Assembly: GCF_009834535.1 (NCBI RefSeq)
Contig: NC_045697.1
Span: 18,478,001 to 18,542,000 of the forward strand
Source: Camelus ferus
Lineage: Eukaryota
Reading direction: 5' to 3'
Length of the DNA stretch: 64,000 nt
A program made the translations under genes and the position numbers. Shown here piece after piece: positions 12,133 to 23,960 of this stretch. Under the pieces are notes generated by a model, which did not search any database, was not told the DNA's origin, and saw only the letters and a program-made list of their open reading frames with translations. How positions within the stretch are numbered: position 1 is the stretch's first letter; each line of letters starts with the position of its first letter.

Positions 12133-12503
12133 CATATGTGGAATCCAAAAAAGAAAGAAAGGATAAAAAGGACACTATGAACTCATCTACAAAACAGAAA
12201 CAGACTCGTAGACATAGTAAACAATCTTATGGTTACCGGGGCAAGGGGGTGGGAAGGGATAAATTTGGGAGTTTGAGAGTTACAAGTGTTCACCACTATA
12301 TATAAAAATAGATATTTAGAAGTTTCTTCTGTATAGCACAGGGAACTATGTTCAATATCTTGTAATAATCTTTAATGAAAAAGAATATGAAAACAAATAT
12401 ATGTATGTGTATGCACGACTGGGACATTGTGCTGTACACCAGAAACTGACACATTGTAACTGACTGTACTTCAATTAAAAAAAAAAGAAAGATGAACAAA
12501 AAA
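12133..12503 (+). mobile_element. 5'-truncated young LINE-1 3' UTR with A-rich tail, inserted in an older antisense L1M end
   Basis: ATATGTGGAATC...ACAAAACAGAAACAGACTC...TATAGCACAGGGAACTATG...CTTCAATTAAAA; perfect TSD AAAGTATACAA at 12122-12132 and 12504-12514. Confidence 0.92.
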
Positions 12504-13694
12504 AAAGTATACAAGATGATGACGTCACACGTGTCATACTTGTATCACTTTGTTCTCTTACTCCACAGCACAGAGCCTGGAGCATAGGAATTGCTCAGTA
12601 AATATTTGCTGAATTTGTTAAAAAGCAAGAAAAGAGCTGAAAATAAGAGTCTGAAAGCACCCATGACCAGCTTTGTCTATTTCCCCGTTTCGCCTTGAGC
12701 CAGCTGGATACTAAATTTATTCACTTATTTACTTAACCAGTCAACAAATGCAGCTTTGCAAAATCACGTGATTGTTATTATTATAAAGTGTTTCTCCAGA
12801 GGAAAACGCAAAGGCGGATTCCACGCATGTTTTCCCTGAAAGTGTTTTTCTCCCAAACAGAAACCTCAATGCCCCCAATCCAATCAGCCCAGATCTCAGA
12901 GGCACTCTGTCTGGCCAAGCACAGGGCATTTTTTTCACTCCCTAGTCCCTGCTCCAGAATTTTGGAGAGCATCTCCCTGCTGAAAGGCGTCCCCTACCCC
13001 TGCAGCGCATTGCCGGCTGCTCACCAGCACAGCAGATGTGTGGTCACACACAATTAAGTGGGTGCAGGCCGTGAGCGGACAGCCGGCTTGAAGTATGCAC
13101 GAGGGAGCCAGCAAGCAAACAGTGGAAACCAGAGTGTGGGATTGCCATGCCATCGCAGAAAAGGGAACTCGCTTGCTTCATTTCCCTGCGCTTCCTCGCG
13201 GCAGCGCGAACCGTCCCACTCGTCCCACTCGTTCCATCACCTTCTTTTCTATATGAGTCGCCAAGAGATAGATGGAGATCTGCTCACCTGCCTGTGGGTG
13301 AGGGCGCCACCCCTCACCGTCACTGCATCATTCTGCCAGCTTTTTGGTGTCGATGCCTGAGTGTGGTTTCGTTCTGGGAAGTTCAGTCTCAGTAGATATT
13401 TTGGCCAACACTGTCTACTCGGGTTGAGAGCAGTTGGCTGCTGTTAATTCAAGTCTCTGTCTAGACGAAGAAATGCTTTCAGGGGAAAATGAATCTTCCC
13501 CCTTCATATCGGCTCATTCCATCCCAGAGAAGTCTATTCCAACCATGGTTTGTGTCTGGGTCCATTCAGTTCTTTTGGGTTCCTTCTGCATTGTCCTATT
13601 TTGCACCAACAGTACGTGGTAGTAGTTAGGATTATCTAAGTAAAAAGGACCAAACCTCACATGCAGCAACAGGCGTGATCTCAAATGCATTATT

Positions 13695-13908
13695 CTGATC
13701 TTCAATTAAGGGTGACTTTGACCCCCCCAGGGGACATCTAGCAATATCTGAAGACATTTTTGACTGTGACAATCTGGGAGGGAGATGCTACTGGAATCTA
13801 GTGGGGAGAGGCCAGGGATGCTACTAAACTTCCTACAGGGCATAGGACAAACCCCACGACAAAGAATGATCGGCCCCAATGTCAATAGTATTGAGGTTGA
13901 GAAAGCCG
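13695..13908. mobile_element. MER20 (hAT-Charlie) non-autonomous DNA transposon
   Basis: CCCCCAGGGGACATCTAGCAATATCTGAAGACATTTTTG...GAGGCCAGGGATGCTACTAAAC...AATGTCAATAGTATTGAGGTTGAGAAA matches the recalled MER20 consensus. Confidence 0.85.
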
Positions 13909-13913
13909 GTGCC

Positions 13914-14195
13914 AAGTGAGAGAAGCCGACTCCAAAGGCTACATACTGTATAATTCCATTTATATGACATTCTGGAAAAGGCGAAGCTATAGGGAAAAAG
14001 AATACATCAGTGGTTGCCAGGAGCTGGGGCTGAAGAAAGGGGATTAGAACCTCTAAGGGACACAGGGAATCTGGGGGAGGATGGAAACGCTTTCTGTCTT
14101 GATTATGCTGGTGGTTCATGTATGTATGTCTTTGTCAAAACACACAGGACTGTGCACTAAAAAGGGTAAATTTGACCTATGTAAATTATACCTGA
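13914..14195 (+). mobile_element. Old L1M (L1MC/MD-like) 3' end
   Basis: AAGTGAGAGAAGCC...AATTCCATTTATATGACATTCTGGAAAAGGC...ATGTAAATTATACCT. Confidence 0.75.
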
Positions 14196-14494
14196 AACAA
14201 ACAAAACAGCTCTGTTTGAAGCAAAGCCACTCTGGAGAAGGTTGGGGTGGGGTGGGGTAGGGCTGGGAGGACATAGCCACCTAAAAATGAAAAACAGAGG
14301 TCAAAAGGACAAGAAAAGAAATAAAGGGAAACACAGAAAGACAGATTTGTGTTTGTTTTTTCAAAAATTACTTTGTCAAAGTGAGTTATTTATCAAAAGT
14401 TACTTTGTTGTTATTGACCAAAAATTCTATAAAACAGCTTTATTGTGGTATAATTAGCATGCAATGAGCTTTACAAATTCAAAATATATAATTT

Positions 14495-14954
14495 TTAACA
14501 TTAATTTTTTTAACTTTTTTTTAATTTTTGCAGGGAGGTAATTAAGTTATTTATTTATTTTTTTAGCTATACAAATTTTTTATTGAAGTATGGTCAGCTT
14601 ACCATGTGTCAATTTCTGGTGCTCAGCACAATGCTTCAGTCATACATGAACATACATATATTTGTTTTTATATTCTTTTTCACAATAAGTCACTGTAAGA
14701 TATTGACGAACCAACTTATTTACAAAACAGAAACAGACTCACAGACATAGAAAACAAACTTATGTTTACCAGGGTGCAAAGAGGGTGGGAAGGGATAAAT
14801 TGAGAGTTTGAGATTTCCAGATACTAACTGATATATATATAATAGATAACCAAGTTCATATTTATTTATTTATTTAAACGAAGGTACTGGGGACTGAACC
14901 CAGGACCTCACGCATGCTAAGCACATACTCTGCCACTGAGCTATACCCTTCCTC
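14495..14954 (-). mobile_element. vic-1-like SINE interrupted by an L1 at its (TTTA)n linker
   Basis: Tail and GGGAGGTAATT at 14495-14560; tRNA-like head at 14862-14954; degenerate TSD AAAT(AT/GC)ATAATTT at 14482-14494 and 14959-14971. Confidence 0.88.
14561..14860 (-). mobile_element. 5'-inverted (twin-primed) young LINE-1 3' fragment
   Basis: 14561-14706 is the antisense L1 3' terminus; 14707-14860 is the immediately upstream L1 segment in the opposite orientation; flanked by TTATTTATTTATTT at 14547-14560 and 14862-14875. Confidence 0.9.
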
Positions 14955-15366
14955 ATTGAAATGCATAATTTGACAAGCTTTAACTTACATATATGTATCC
15001 CTGTTAAATAGTTTCTGCAATCATAACGAAAATATCCATCATCCCCCAAATCTCCTGTTGTCCCTTTATAATCCTTCCCTCCCTGAAAAATCATAGCAGT
15101 GCTCATGTCATAGGGTTGTTGGGAGAATTTAAATGAGATTCAAGCACAGAGGGAGCCTGCTTTATACCCTGCTTGCTTTATTCAGGTGGAGGAAGCTGTT
15201 GTGCAGTGGAGAAAACCAAGTAGCAGAGTGCCTGGATTCCATGCCCAGACTCACTGCTCGTTCTTGGTGCTGGGGTGGAATAGAGTTGAAGTGAATAGTG
15301 CAAATGTGCTCAGTAAATGCTTCTAGAGTGAGTGAATGCATCAGATCTGTGTGCCTAAAAATCTAT

Positions 15367-15496
15367 GGGGAGGGTATAGCTCAGTGTTAGAGTGCTTGCC
15401 TAGCACACACAAGGTCCTGGGTTCATAACCCCAGCACCTCCATTAAAAATAAATAAGTACAAAAAAAAAGTACCTTCCACCTAAAAAAAGTTTTTT
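15367..15496 (+). mobile_element. vic-1-like SINE
   Basis: GGGGAGGGTATAGCTCAGTGTTAGAG...GGTCCTGGGTTCA...CACCTCCATT plus A-rich tail; TSD TAAAAATCTA at 15356-15365 and 15497-15506. Confidence 0.9.
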
Positions 15497-15609
15497 TAAA
15501 AATCTAGCTTTAGAGGCAAGAACAAACAGTGAAAGAAATAATGACAAAAGACATTACATAATCACAGGGCACTATATATACAAGTGCATTTTCAGCATGA
15601 AACACACTC

Positions 15610-16925
15610 TTCTTCCTGAAATCCTTAAGTTAGTGGCTGGTCCCGCTGTTCACTCAGTTACCCAAACTGGAAGAACTCAGATGCATCCTCAGCTTCCCGT
15701 GATCCCTCAACTTTCCCTCTTGATGCTCCCACCCTCTCTTTATCTCCGCCCAAGTTCCAGCTCTCATCAAATCGTACAGAGACCACTGCAGTAGCCTCTT
15801 CTTTGGCCTTTCATCTCTTCAGAGCCTTTTCAGCTTCTGAAGGCTACAACTTTCCTAAAACACCTTGGTACCTCCCTGCTTCAAACCTCTGCTAATTTTC
15901 CGTTGTGCCTAATGTACAGTCCCACCTCTCTGAGTATAAAACTGAGTTTAGCTGGTCAGTCTCTACCCACACCTGAAGCTTTGACCATATCCATGCATTA
16001 ACCATCCTCCAGATACATCACAATCATTCCTCTCCCCACATCTTTTTTTCTTGTTAATTTTTCAAAATTGTGGCAAAAGAAACATATCATGAAATTTACC
16101 ATTTAGCCATTTGTAAGTGTACAGTTCAGTAACATTATGTACATTCACATTGTTATGCAACCATCACCACCATCCATCTCCAGAACTTTTCATCATCACA
16201 AACTGAAACTCTGAATCTCTTAAACAATAAATTCCCATTCTCCCTTCCTGCAGCCCCTGGCAACCACCATTCTACTTTCTGTCTCTATGAATTTGACTAC
16301 CTTATATAAATATAGTTCTACAATATTTGTCTTTATGTGTCTGGCTTTTTTCACTTAGCATAATGGCTTCAAGTTTCATCTATGTTGTAACATATGTCAG
16401 AATTTCATTCCTTTTGAAGGCTGAAAAATATTGCATTGTCTGTATATGCTACACTTTGTTTATTCATTCATCATCAATGGACATTGGGTTGTGTCCATCT
16501 TGCAGCAATTATGAGCAGTGCTGCTGGGAGCACTAGTACATGTGTGTCTGCTCAAGTCCTTACTTTCAGTTCTTGTTCCCCATGTCTTTCAATACTACAT
16601 GTTTCCTTGGGCTAGACAGTCAGCCCGGAGGCATCTCCCTCACCGCTTCCTGGAGAACTCATATCCATCCATCAACACTGCTTTCAAAAGTTCCTTTCCT
16701 GATTTGATCCAGAAGAGGTGGCCGTGCCCTTCTCTGCACTCCTTCAGCCTCACGGACTATGCTCTCTTATAGCTCTTCCTTCACTGAATCATGGTGTTTT
16801 TGGGGCATTGTCTTCCTGCCTTACTAAACCATAACTTAGTGAAAAAGGGAGTGTATCTTGTTTACCTTTCTCCTCCAGATATCATGCCTCGCCCACTGTC
16901 AGAGCAGCATAAATATTTAAGAACA
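15610..16925 (+). mobile_element. LINE-2 relic interrupted by L1MB
   Basis: Pyrimidine-rich L2-like sequence on both sides of 16046-16577, ending near CATAAATATTT. Confidence 0.5.
16046..16577 (-). mobile_element. L1MB-like 3' end
   Basis: AAATTTACCATTTAGCCATTTGTAAGTGTACAGTTCAG...CCCCTGGCAACCACCATTCTACTTTCTGTCTCTATGAATTTGACTAC; TSD CCCCA(CA/TG)TCTTT at 16034-16045 and 16578-16589. Confidence 0.85.
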
Positions 16926-19434
16926 ATTATTTTAGGAACTGCCTCTGGGTTCTTCAGGTCCAACCTCTACAGAGACTCAAGGAATATGAGTCAATGTTGA
17001 CTTTCATTGTCCATTTGCTCCTGGAAGAGATCCAATACAAAGATCTGACCTTAGAAGCACTTTCTGGCTGCCACAGGGTCCTTATGTCCTTGGATATCTG
17101 AGGAGGTGACACACAATGCTTCAATACTCTGAAATGCAACCTCCTTTGACCCCGTAATGCAGCTACCTACAAAGCCCTGATGGGAAGCCTCAAGCCAGCT
17201 GAACTTTCCTTTCCACCTTCAACCTGGCAACTCAGACCTTTCCACTTGTGCTCAAGGCTGAGGACCTGGGGAGCCAAGTGAGTTCAAGAGTTGAAGTGAA
17301 CTCTCGACTTCAGAATTAGAAAGCATTTTCTCAGATCTTTGAACTACTCTGCTATGGTAAGTACAGTAGGCAAAGAATGTAGTATCATAGGAGAGCCATG
17401 GGAAACCTCAACGCCGGGCCATAGGTACCTTGCCACCCTCAGCTTCCTCTTTTCCTGGCTCTGCTCCACCCCATCAGCTCTGCTTTTTCTTCCCAAATAT
17501 CCTAGTGTGCACTCTTGGCCTCTTCCTCCTACATGATCTTGATTCTCAGAAAGGAGAAAGCATCTCACCTGCGGTGGGTGATAATGTGTCCAACACATCA
17601 CAGTGCACGGCATTCATTTCTCCATCCAGCCATTCATTTCCTTAGCCTTTTGTCCTCATGCTGGAGGCATCCAGGTATCTGCCCACATGTGAGAAGGGGA
17701 GCGCAGGTCGCGCTGCCTCCCTAACTGGGGAAGCACATGCACACACGGGTGTACACACCGTTTGAAGAAATTCATTCACTTCCTAATAAAGTTCAAGTGC
17801 TACAGTCCACTCACTTCGAGTCTGGAGCGTGTTGAGAAGTTCTGAGTGGGCTCCTAGGATAAGTTAACTCCTCTCCATGTCATAGTAACGTTTAAAATAA
17901 TCAGGACTACCCCATAGTCACCCTTCAGCCCTCAAAGAGTCCCTAAGACGCTCTTCCTCGAGTCCTATTTCAACCCCTTCCTAGCCCCTTTGCTTCTGGT
18001 TTTCTCTTCCTGCCCTTCTCACTCCGCTCCATGGCATGCCCTTAGGTGTCAGCCACTACCCACTTCACCGGCCCAATTGCCTGCTGGGGACAGAAGGGAC
18101 TTGAGGCCTCCCAGGTGGAAGAGGAGGGATACAATTTTAAGACAGAAGTCTGTTCTGATATTGGGATGCCTTAAAAAATATTCCAGGTATGTCTCCCGGT
18201 GTACAAGGAAGTTGGCCAGCAGAGTTCCAGCACCTAAGTGTGACATAGAGGGTCTCCTTGGGTCACGTTACAATGATGTTCGAGTCCCTTAATCTTCCCA
18301 ATCCAGAAAGTTGGGGGGAAAGGAGCCAGAGATGAAGAAAAGCCGATACTCTCCGCAGTGAGGATAAAGTAGAGGGAGATGCGTCACCTAGGCGACCACT
18401 ACAGTTACCGTGAGGCCCCGAATTAAGGCAGTGAGTCTTGGCTTCAGGCCTAAGAAATTGGGTGGTTGGATAAGAAAAACTAGTGCAAGTTTTTGGAAAA
18501 GATAATGATCAGCTGGGCTATGCTGAGTTTGGGATGGCATCATCAACTCTCACCTGTTTCCCCACTGTGCAAGCCCACTGGCTTTGTCCCTTCAGCTCTG
18601 TGTTCTGCATTGTAGTCTAAGTGATTGACTTAAGGGCAAACTGGTTAGGTCTGATCAAGGGCTTCTCTGTCCTCTTAGCTATAGTCCAGAGTCCTTCATG
18701 TGACCTAGCCTACCTCACAGGCATTGCCCCTGTCCGCTCTCCATTCTATTTGTTTACAGGCTCTCTTTCCTGATGGATAATGAGTTGCATGAGGGCAGGG
18801 AGTACATCTGTCTTGTTCATAATGCCGTCTGCAATGCCTGTCATGTAGTGGGTTCTAGAGAAAGAGGACGGGAGAGAGGGGGAAAGAGTAGAAGAATGAA
18901 GACCATCCAACTGGAGATTCTAGCAGATAGTTTGAGCTATAAATTTGGGCCCAATTAGCATAAAGAGAGTAGATGAAGAAATGTAAATAAATGAATTTAC
19001 ACATAGTGAGAATAATGGTGGCTGGGAAACAATGACATTTCAGGTGGCCACATGAATGAGGAAGGATAAGTAACCCCAAAGGAGGCTGGCTGAAGAGGAG
19101 CTGCCGATGACATAGGCAGGGGACCAGCCAAGAGCTTAAGGCAACACGAAGGAACGGCTAATGCTATCAAGACATAAGTGTGAGAAGGACTGAAAAGAGG
19201 CCTTGTTTACAGGCAACATGGGCTTAGAAGAACAAGTTAAATGACACAAAGTGGAGATGGTCAAACTGCAGAGCACGAAACACTCTATGAGATAGTCAAG
19301 ATGGTTTCTTAAAAGAAAATCATCATTTTTTTTAAGTGTTGAGGAAGTTTTAGATTTAAAAAGTCTAAAGAGACTCACCACCACACTGTGTTTAACTGGA
19401 TTCTGGTCTGGGGAAAACACTTTTTAAATATCTA

Positions 19435-20290
19435 CAGGTAGCTGTGTGGGTATCTGGAAGAAGAACTTTCAAGGAGAGGGAACAGTCAGGGCAAAGGCCC
19501 CCGAGGGGGACTTGGCCGGGCTTTTTCAAGGAACAGCAAGGAGCCCAGCGTGGCTGGAGGTGGGTGAAAACGTTTTAAGGACAGTAGAAAGTAGAGACTC
19601 ATTGTAAAGACTTTGTACTTGAATCAATTTTCCACATGTTAAGTTTGAAATGTCTATTTGATCTCAAAGTGGAGATGTTGAGGTGGCAGTTGGGTACACA
19701 AGTCTGAGGTTCAGGCGAGAAGCTGGGAAAGGATATAAAAATGTAGGAGTCCTCAGCTTATTAGATGATTTCAAAGCCAGGAGACTAAATGAGGTCACCA
19801 AGGGAATGAGCATAAAGAGAAAGTCCGAGGAGTGCGCACTGGGATGCTCTGATGCAAGAGGGCAGGGGAAGAGGTGGGACCTGCCAAGACAGCTCTGAAG
19901 GACCGCGTGGAGGAGGAGAACCCAGAGAAAGTAGTGGGGTGAAGCCAAGTGAGGACAGTGTCTCCAGCAGGAGGTGCTAGTGAGTCAAAGATGCGGCCTG
20001 AGACCTGAATTTATCCACTACAGACAGAGGGACCCCTGACGTTGATCTTGGCAGTCTAGGTGGAGTGAGGTCGGCAAACCCCAGGCCAGGTAGGGTGCAG
20101 GAGAGATTGGGAAAGGAGTAATTGGAAACCACAAGTACAGATAGCTGAAACAGGAGCCTGGAAATGGGGTCACAGCCAGAGGGGAGGGGGGTCAAGAGAA
20201 GTTTTTGGCTTTTGGGGGGTTTTTTTCTGTTTTTGCTTTAAGATTGGAGAAAAGATATCCAGCTGTGTGCTGATGGGACTGAGTGAGTGA
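19435..20290 (-). mobile_element. LINE-2 relic
   Basis: GTTAAGTTTGAAATGTCTATT...GTGGAGATGTTGAGGTGGCAGTTGG...GAGACTAAATGAGGTCACCAAGGGA antisense L2. Confidence 0.75.
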
Positions 20291-21774
20291 ATGAGCGAGT
20301 GAGTAACCCAAGGCAGACACTGGGTCAAACGCAGGGTCTTGCCATAGGGGAGAGGTCTGAGCAGATTTAGAAGCTGAGTCCCAGGTGATGGGTGATGCCC
20401 CAGGGGGAGGAGAACACAGAGAGGCTGGGATGCGTTCCCCACCGGCCGCTCTGCCTCCACTGGCCGTGTCCTACCCTCCTGTTGACATCAGAATCTGGCT
20501 TTTCTAACAGCCGCTTTGCCTGGAGCCCAATTAAGGCAAAGATACAAATTCGCCCAGCCATGGCCCCATGAAGTCTGGCCTCAGGGCTGCAGCCCATTTG
20601 GAAAACGTTTTAATTTCATTTGTGTGTTTTTTCAATTTGATTATTAAGTGCTGTTTGCACATGGACAGGGGGAAGGCCTGTTTTTATTCCCTGAGTCCCC
20701 TTCCTCCCTGGCCTGCGTGCCTCCCTGGTGAGTAATGGGGAGGCTGCTTTTCTGGAACACAAGGGAAAACTTCCAGCAAATTGCAAAAGCATGTTCCTTC
20801 CTTGAAAAATCCTTTCACACTTGTTTTTTTTTAACTCCATTTGTAAAGTTCATGAAAAGCCTCCATAAATGTGCTTTAAAAGGCCTTAACTTTCTTTGTT
20901 CTCCATGTCAAACTTTCTGTTTCTCTCTTAAGGGGGTATGTAATTTAAAGGGCTAATAAACAAGACATAAAGCCGGAGGGGTGACTGGTGTGATGGAAGG
21001 AATGAACAAACTGTAGAAATGTCAGGGGTTTGCGGGGAGGGGGAATTTCCACCTGCATGTTCAGGAGGTAACAGCCTAGCACTTCCCCGCAACTCCTTAG
21101 ATATGCTTCTAAAGTTATTAACGTTTAACGCAGGACCAGGGCAGCAGGGCAGACAGAAAGAGCGAAGTAATAAAGGTTCAGGAAGAGCGACAAATCCTTT
21201 TAGACATATTTCAGAGGCCTGAAATATAAGACAAGCAGGAGATGGGGAAATAAGAAACAGTGTCGTCAAGAAATTAGTGAAAAAGGTTCTTGCCTGAATG
21301 CTAAAGCGAGATGTCATTTGGACAGAGAAATACAGACAGTTCATAAGGGGATCCAGGCCATATAAGGAGTTCCCTCTGCAAAGAGAGACCTCATTCTGGT
21401 TTGGGTCATTGTCAGACTAGGCAGCTTTCTGAATATGGGCAGGAGGAGGAAGGAGCCGGGAGGTGGGGCTTCCTGAGCCTCCGCGCCTGCCCGCCCTGGT
21501 GTCAGCTCAGGGGGCCAGGCAGGGGAAGCACTGTGGGTGGCTTGGTGGGAAGTGCTCAGGGACTGGGGCCTGTCCCTCAGCCAGTGACTGCTCTACTCCC
21601 TGCTGTTGGGACCTGCCTGTCCCCAGTACCTGCGTCCATCTCGGGCGCCATCTTGGCTCCAAAGTCGGAAAAGTGATGATGGTGGCCCTCCCCTCCCTAC
21701 TCCCATTTCTCTCTGTAGCACCTGCCTCCCTCCTGGGTGCCCTTCACCTCTTCCCCTCTCTCACCCACCAACAG

Positions 21775-21929
21775 GACTCCCGAGAAGAGATCACCAAGAG
21801 GCAGGAAGCTGCATTGTAACAAAGGCCTGTGATAGAAAAATTCCAGTCCTGGGGGACAGTGATCCAGCCTCAATCGGGTGTCTGCCTGGGGTTCTGGGAG
21901 GTTCCCGTGGGGCTAATGCTCATGGCCAT
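21775..21929 (+). other. Candidate spliced exon (155 nt), product unknown, probably non-coding
   Basis: Long polypyrimidine tract ending ...CACCAACAG|G and donor CAT|GTAAGT; lies in a GC-rich, repeat-poor patch with YY1-like CGCCATCTT at ~21646. Confidence 0.25.
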
Positions 21930-23544
21930 GTAAGTGACAGGCAGAGGGAGACTTAAGTCTCCCCAAGCCTCAGGACAGCCGGCAGTCCCCTCACCCGCCC
22001 AATCCCCTCAGCGGCTGGACTGGACCCGGGGGCCCCATGGCTCCGCGGCTGGGGCATCTGCCCTGCAGACCCTCCTGCCCGCCTCTTCTCCCCAGCTGGC
22101 CAGTTGCCTCCTCTCTGTTCCGCCTTGTCCTCGCCCCCTCTCTCTTTCTCTTCCTCTTTCTGCTCCTCTGAACTTCGGATTCCCCCTCTCTTCCCACTCC
22201 CTTTGGCAGAGGGCCAGGGAGTAATTGGGAGTTGGCCTCTGTGGCCTCAAGCTCAGGACTGGTTTCCTACTAAGCCGTGGTTTCCCCAAAAGCCCCTCAC
22301 CCCCTCGCCACAGTCTGCACTGGGGGCTTTCTCCTCCTGAAACACCCTCATGGGCATTTAGGGGAGTGGGACAATGACTGTCTTTCTTCGTGCCCACCCT
22401 AAGTGTAACGGCAGCCCAGACACACTGCTGCCTCCAACACCTGACCTTCTATACCTAGTTCAATTTTGCAGATGGGGAAACAGGCTTAGAGCGGTCTCCA
22501 GAGCTTTTGCTGCAATTGTTGTACCTAACTAAGGAAACACTTGCTAAATGCACCTAATTCCTCCTTCTGGGGAAAGATCTGGTCCACAGGGTTGCATCAG
22601 GGCTATCAACCTCCAGTTCTCTGATGCACGCACCTTCTGCACCCTTTCATTGAGACACTCACCTTCCTCGTGCTTCCACTCCCTTCCCCTATCCCCGTTT
22701 AGCATAAGCTTTGCGTGTGCTATGGCTCTTTCCATATCCCAGGCACCACCAGAACCCAGAACCCCTTGCGAGTAGCAAGATTGTGTTTAGACACAGCTCC
22801 CAGCTCCTCATGCTTTTTGCCTCCACCACTCAAACATGCGGAAAGCGTTTGCATGTGCCTGCGATGGGGGTCGGTTCAGCTTGGCAAACCCAAGACTGTC
22901 AGCCCCTTTGCAATGAATCTGCTCCCTCAATTAACTTGGGGGGATGGGGAAACTAATAAAGAAAGTTTATTAAATGCAAAGAAGATCATCACTTTCAAAT
23001 GTCCCCATGGAGAAGTCTGAGCCAAATCCCTGTGACTATTTGTCTGAACTAGCTGGTCCTTTTCAGGGAGATGAGTAAGAGCAGAGTTTGTTCTAGCAGC
23101 CAGAAGCAGCCGCCCCTGCCTGGCCCCTAGCAGGCTCTTTTGAGGGCATGCTGATTTGCACACACGCTGATAGCTGTTTCATATCTGGGCTGATGGGCTT
23201 GACCGAGTGGTTGCCACACAGCCAGCACACGCGGCACAGCATGGGGAGGAGGGGGTGTTTATGGGGCTCACCACTAATGACTCCCATTTATGGAACATGT
23301 GTGGAGCAGCTGAGCGGGCCGCTAAGACAGGACATCAGTAAGGCCTGGGGTTTGCAGCCCGGCTGCACGCACAGGCCCCCCTACGCAGCTGCAGGGAGAG
23401 TTCTGATACAAGCTTCTGGGGGAACCCGAGGCTCTTCAGAATTCAGGCCTTTCAGCACAAACAATGCCCTGACTAAGACGGCTTTTCTAGGGAAGCTTTT
23501 GACCACACTGATTGGATGGGGCCAGTAATAAAAATTATTGCTGT

Positions 23545-23960
23545 TATAAGAATGAAAGCTGACACTTACTGTTCCCTCGCCTCACGCCAGACATTGTGGA
23601 GAGCGTGAACGGAATCCTCAAACAAAACTAGGGGACTGGGACTGCTTTGGGGTTAGTTTGCCTCGTCTTTAGGGCACAGAGGAAGGAACAGGCTCAGAGA
23701 GATGAAGCATCTTGCCCAGGGCTGCCCTGCTGTTCTAACTCCAGCGCCTTGGCGACACAGGCATGGAAAAGTGAATTCTAGAAGTTGACTCATATCATTT
23801 TAAATCACAATTACGGCCGGATGGCATAGCAGTTATAATGTGCATTTTGTATTAAAAAAATCTAGATTTGAGCTCCCGGTTTTCCAGGAACAAGTTACAT
23901 CAACTCCTTAAGCCTCAGTTTCCCCACTAGAAGTGGGAACAGTAGTAACGCCTACCAATG
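23545..23960. mobile_element. Two MIR relics in opposite orientation (~23545-23740 minus, ~23820-23960 plus)
   Basis: GGAACAGGCTCAGAGAGATGAAGCATCTTGCCCAGGG and ACAAGTTACATCAACTCCTTAAGCCTCAGTTTCCCC. Confidence 0.55.

Larger units (their letters stand above)
14432..15085 (-). mobile_element. Old L1M 3' end, split by a SINE and a nested L1
   Basis: AACAGCTTTATTGTGGTATAATT... resumes after 14971 with ...AATATCCATCATCCCCCAAATCTCC...CCCTTTATAATCC. Confidence 0.65.
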
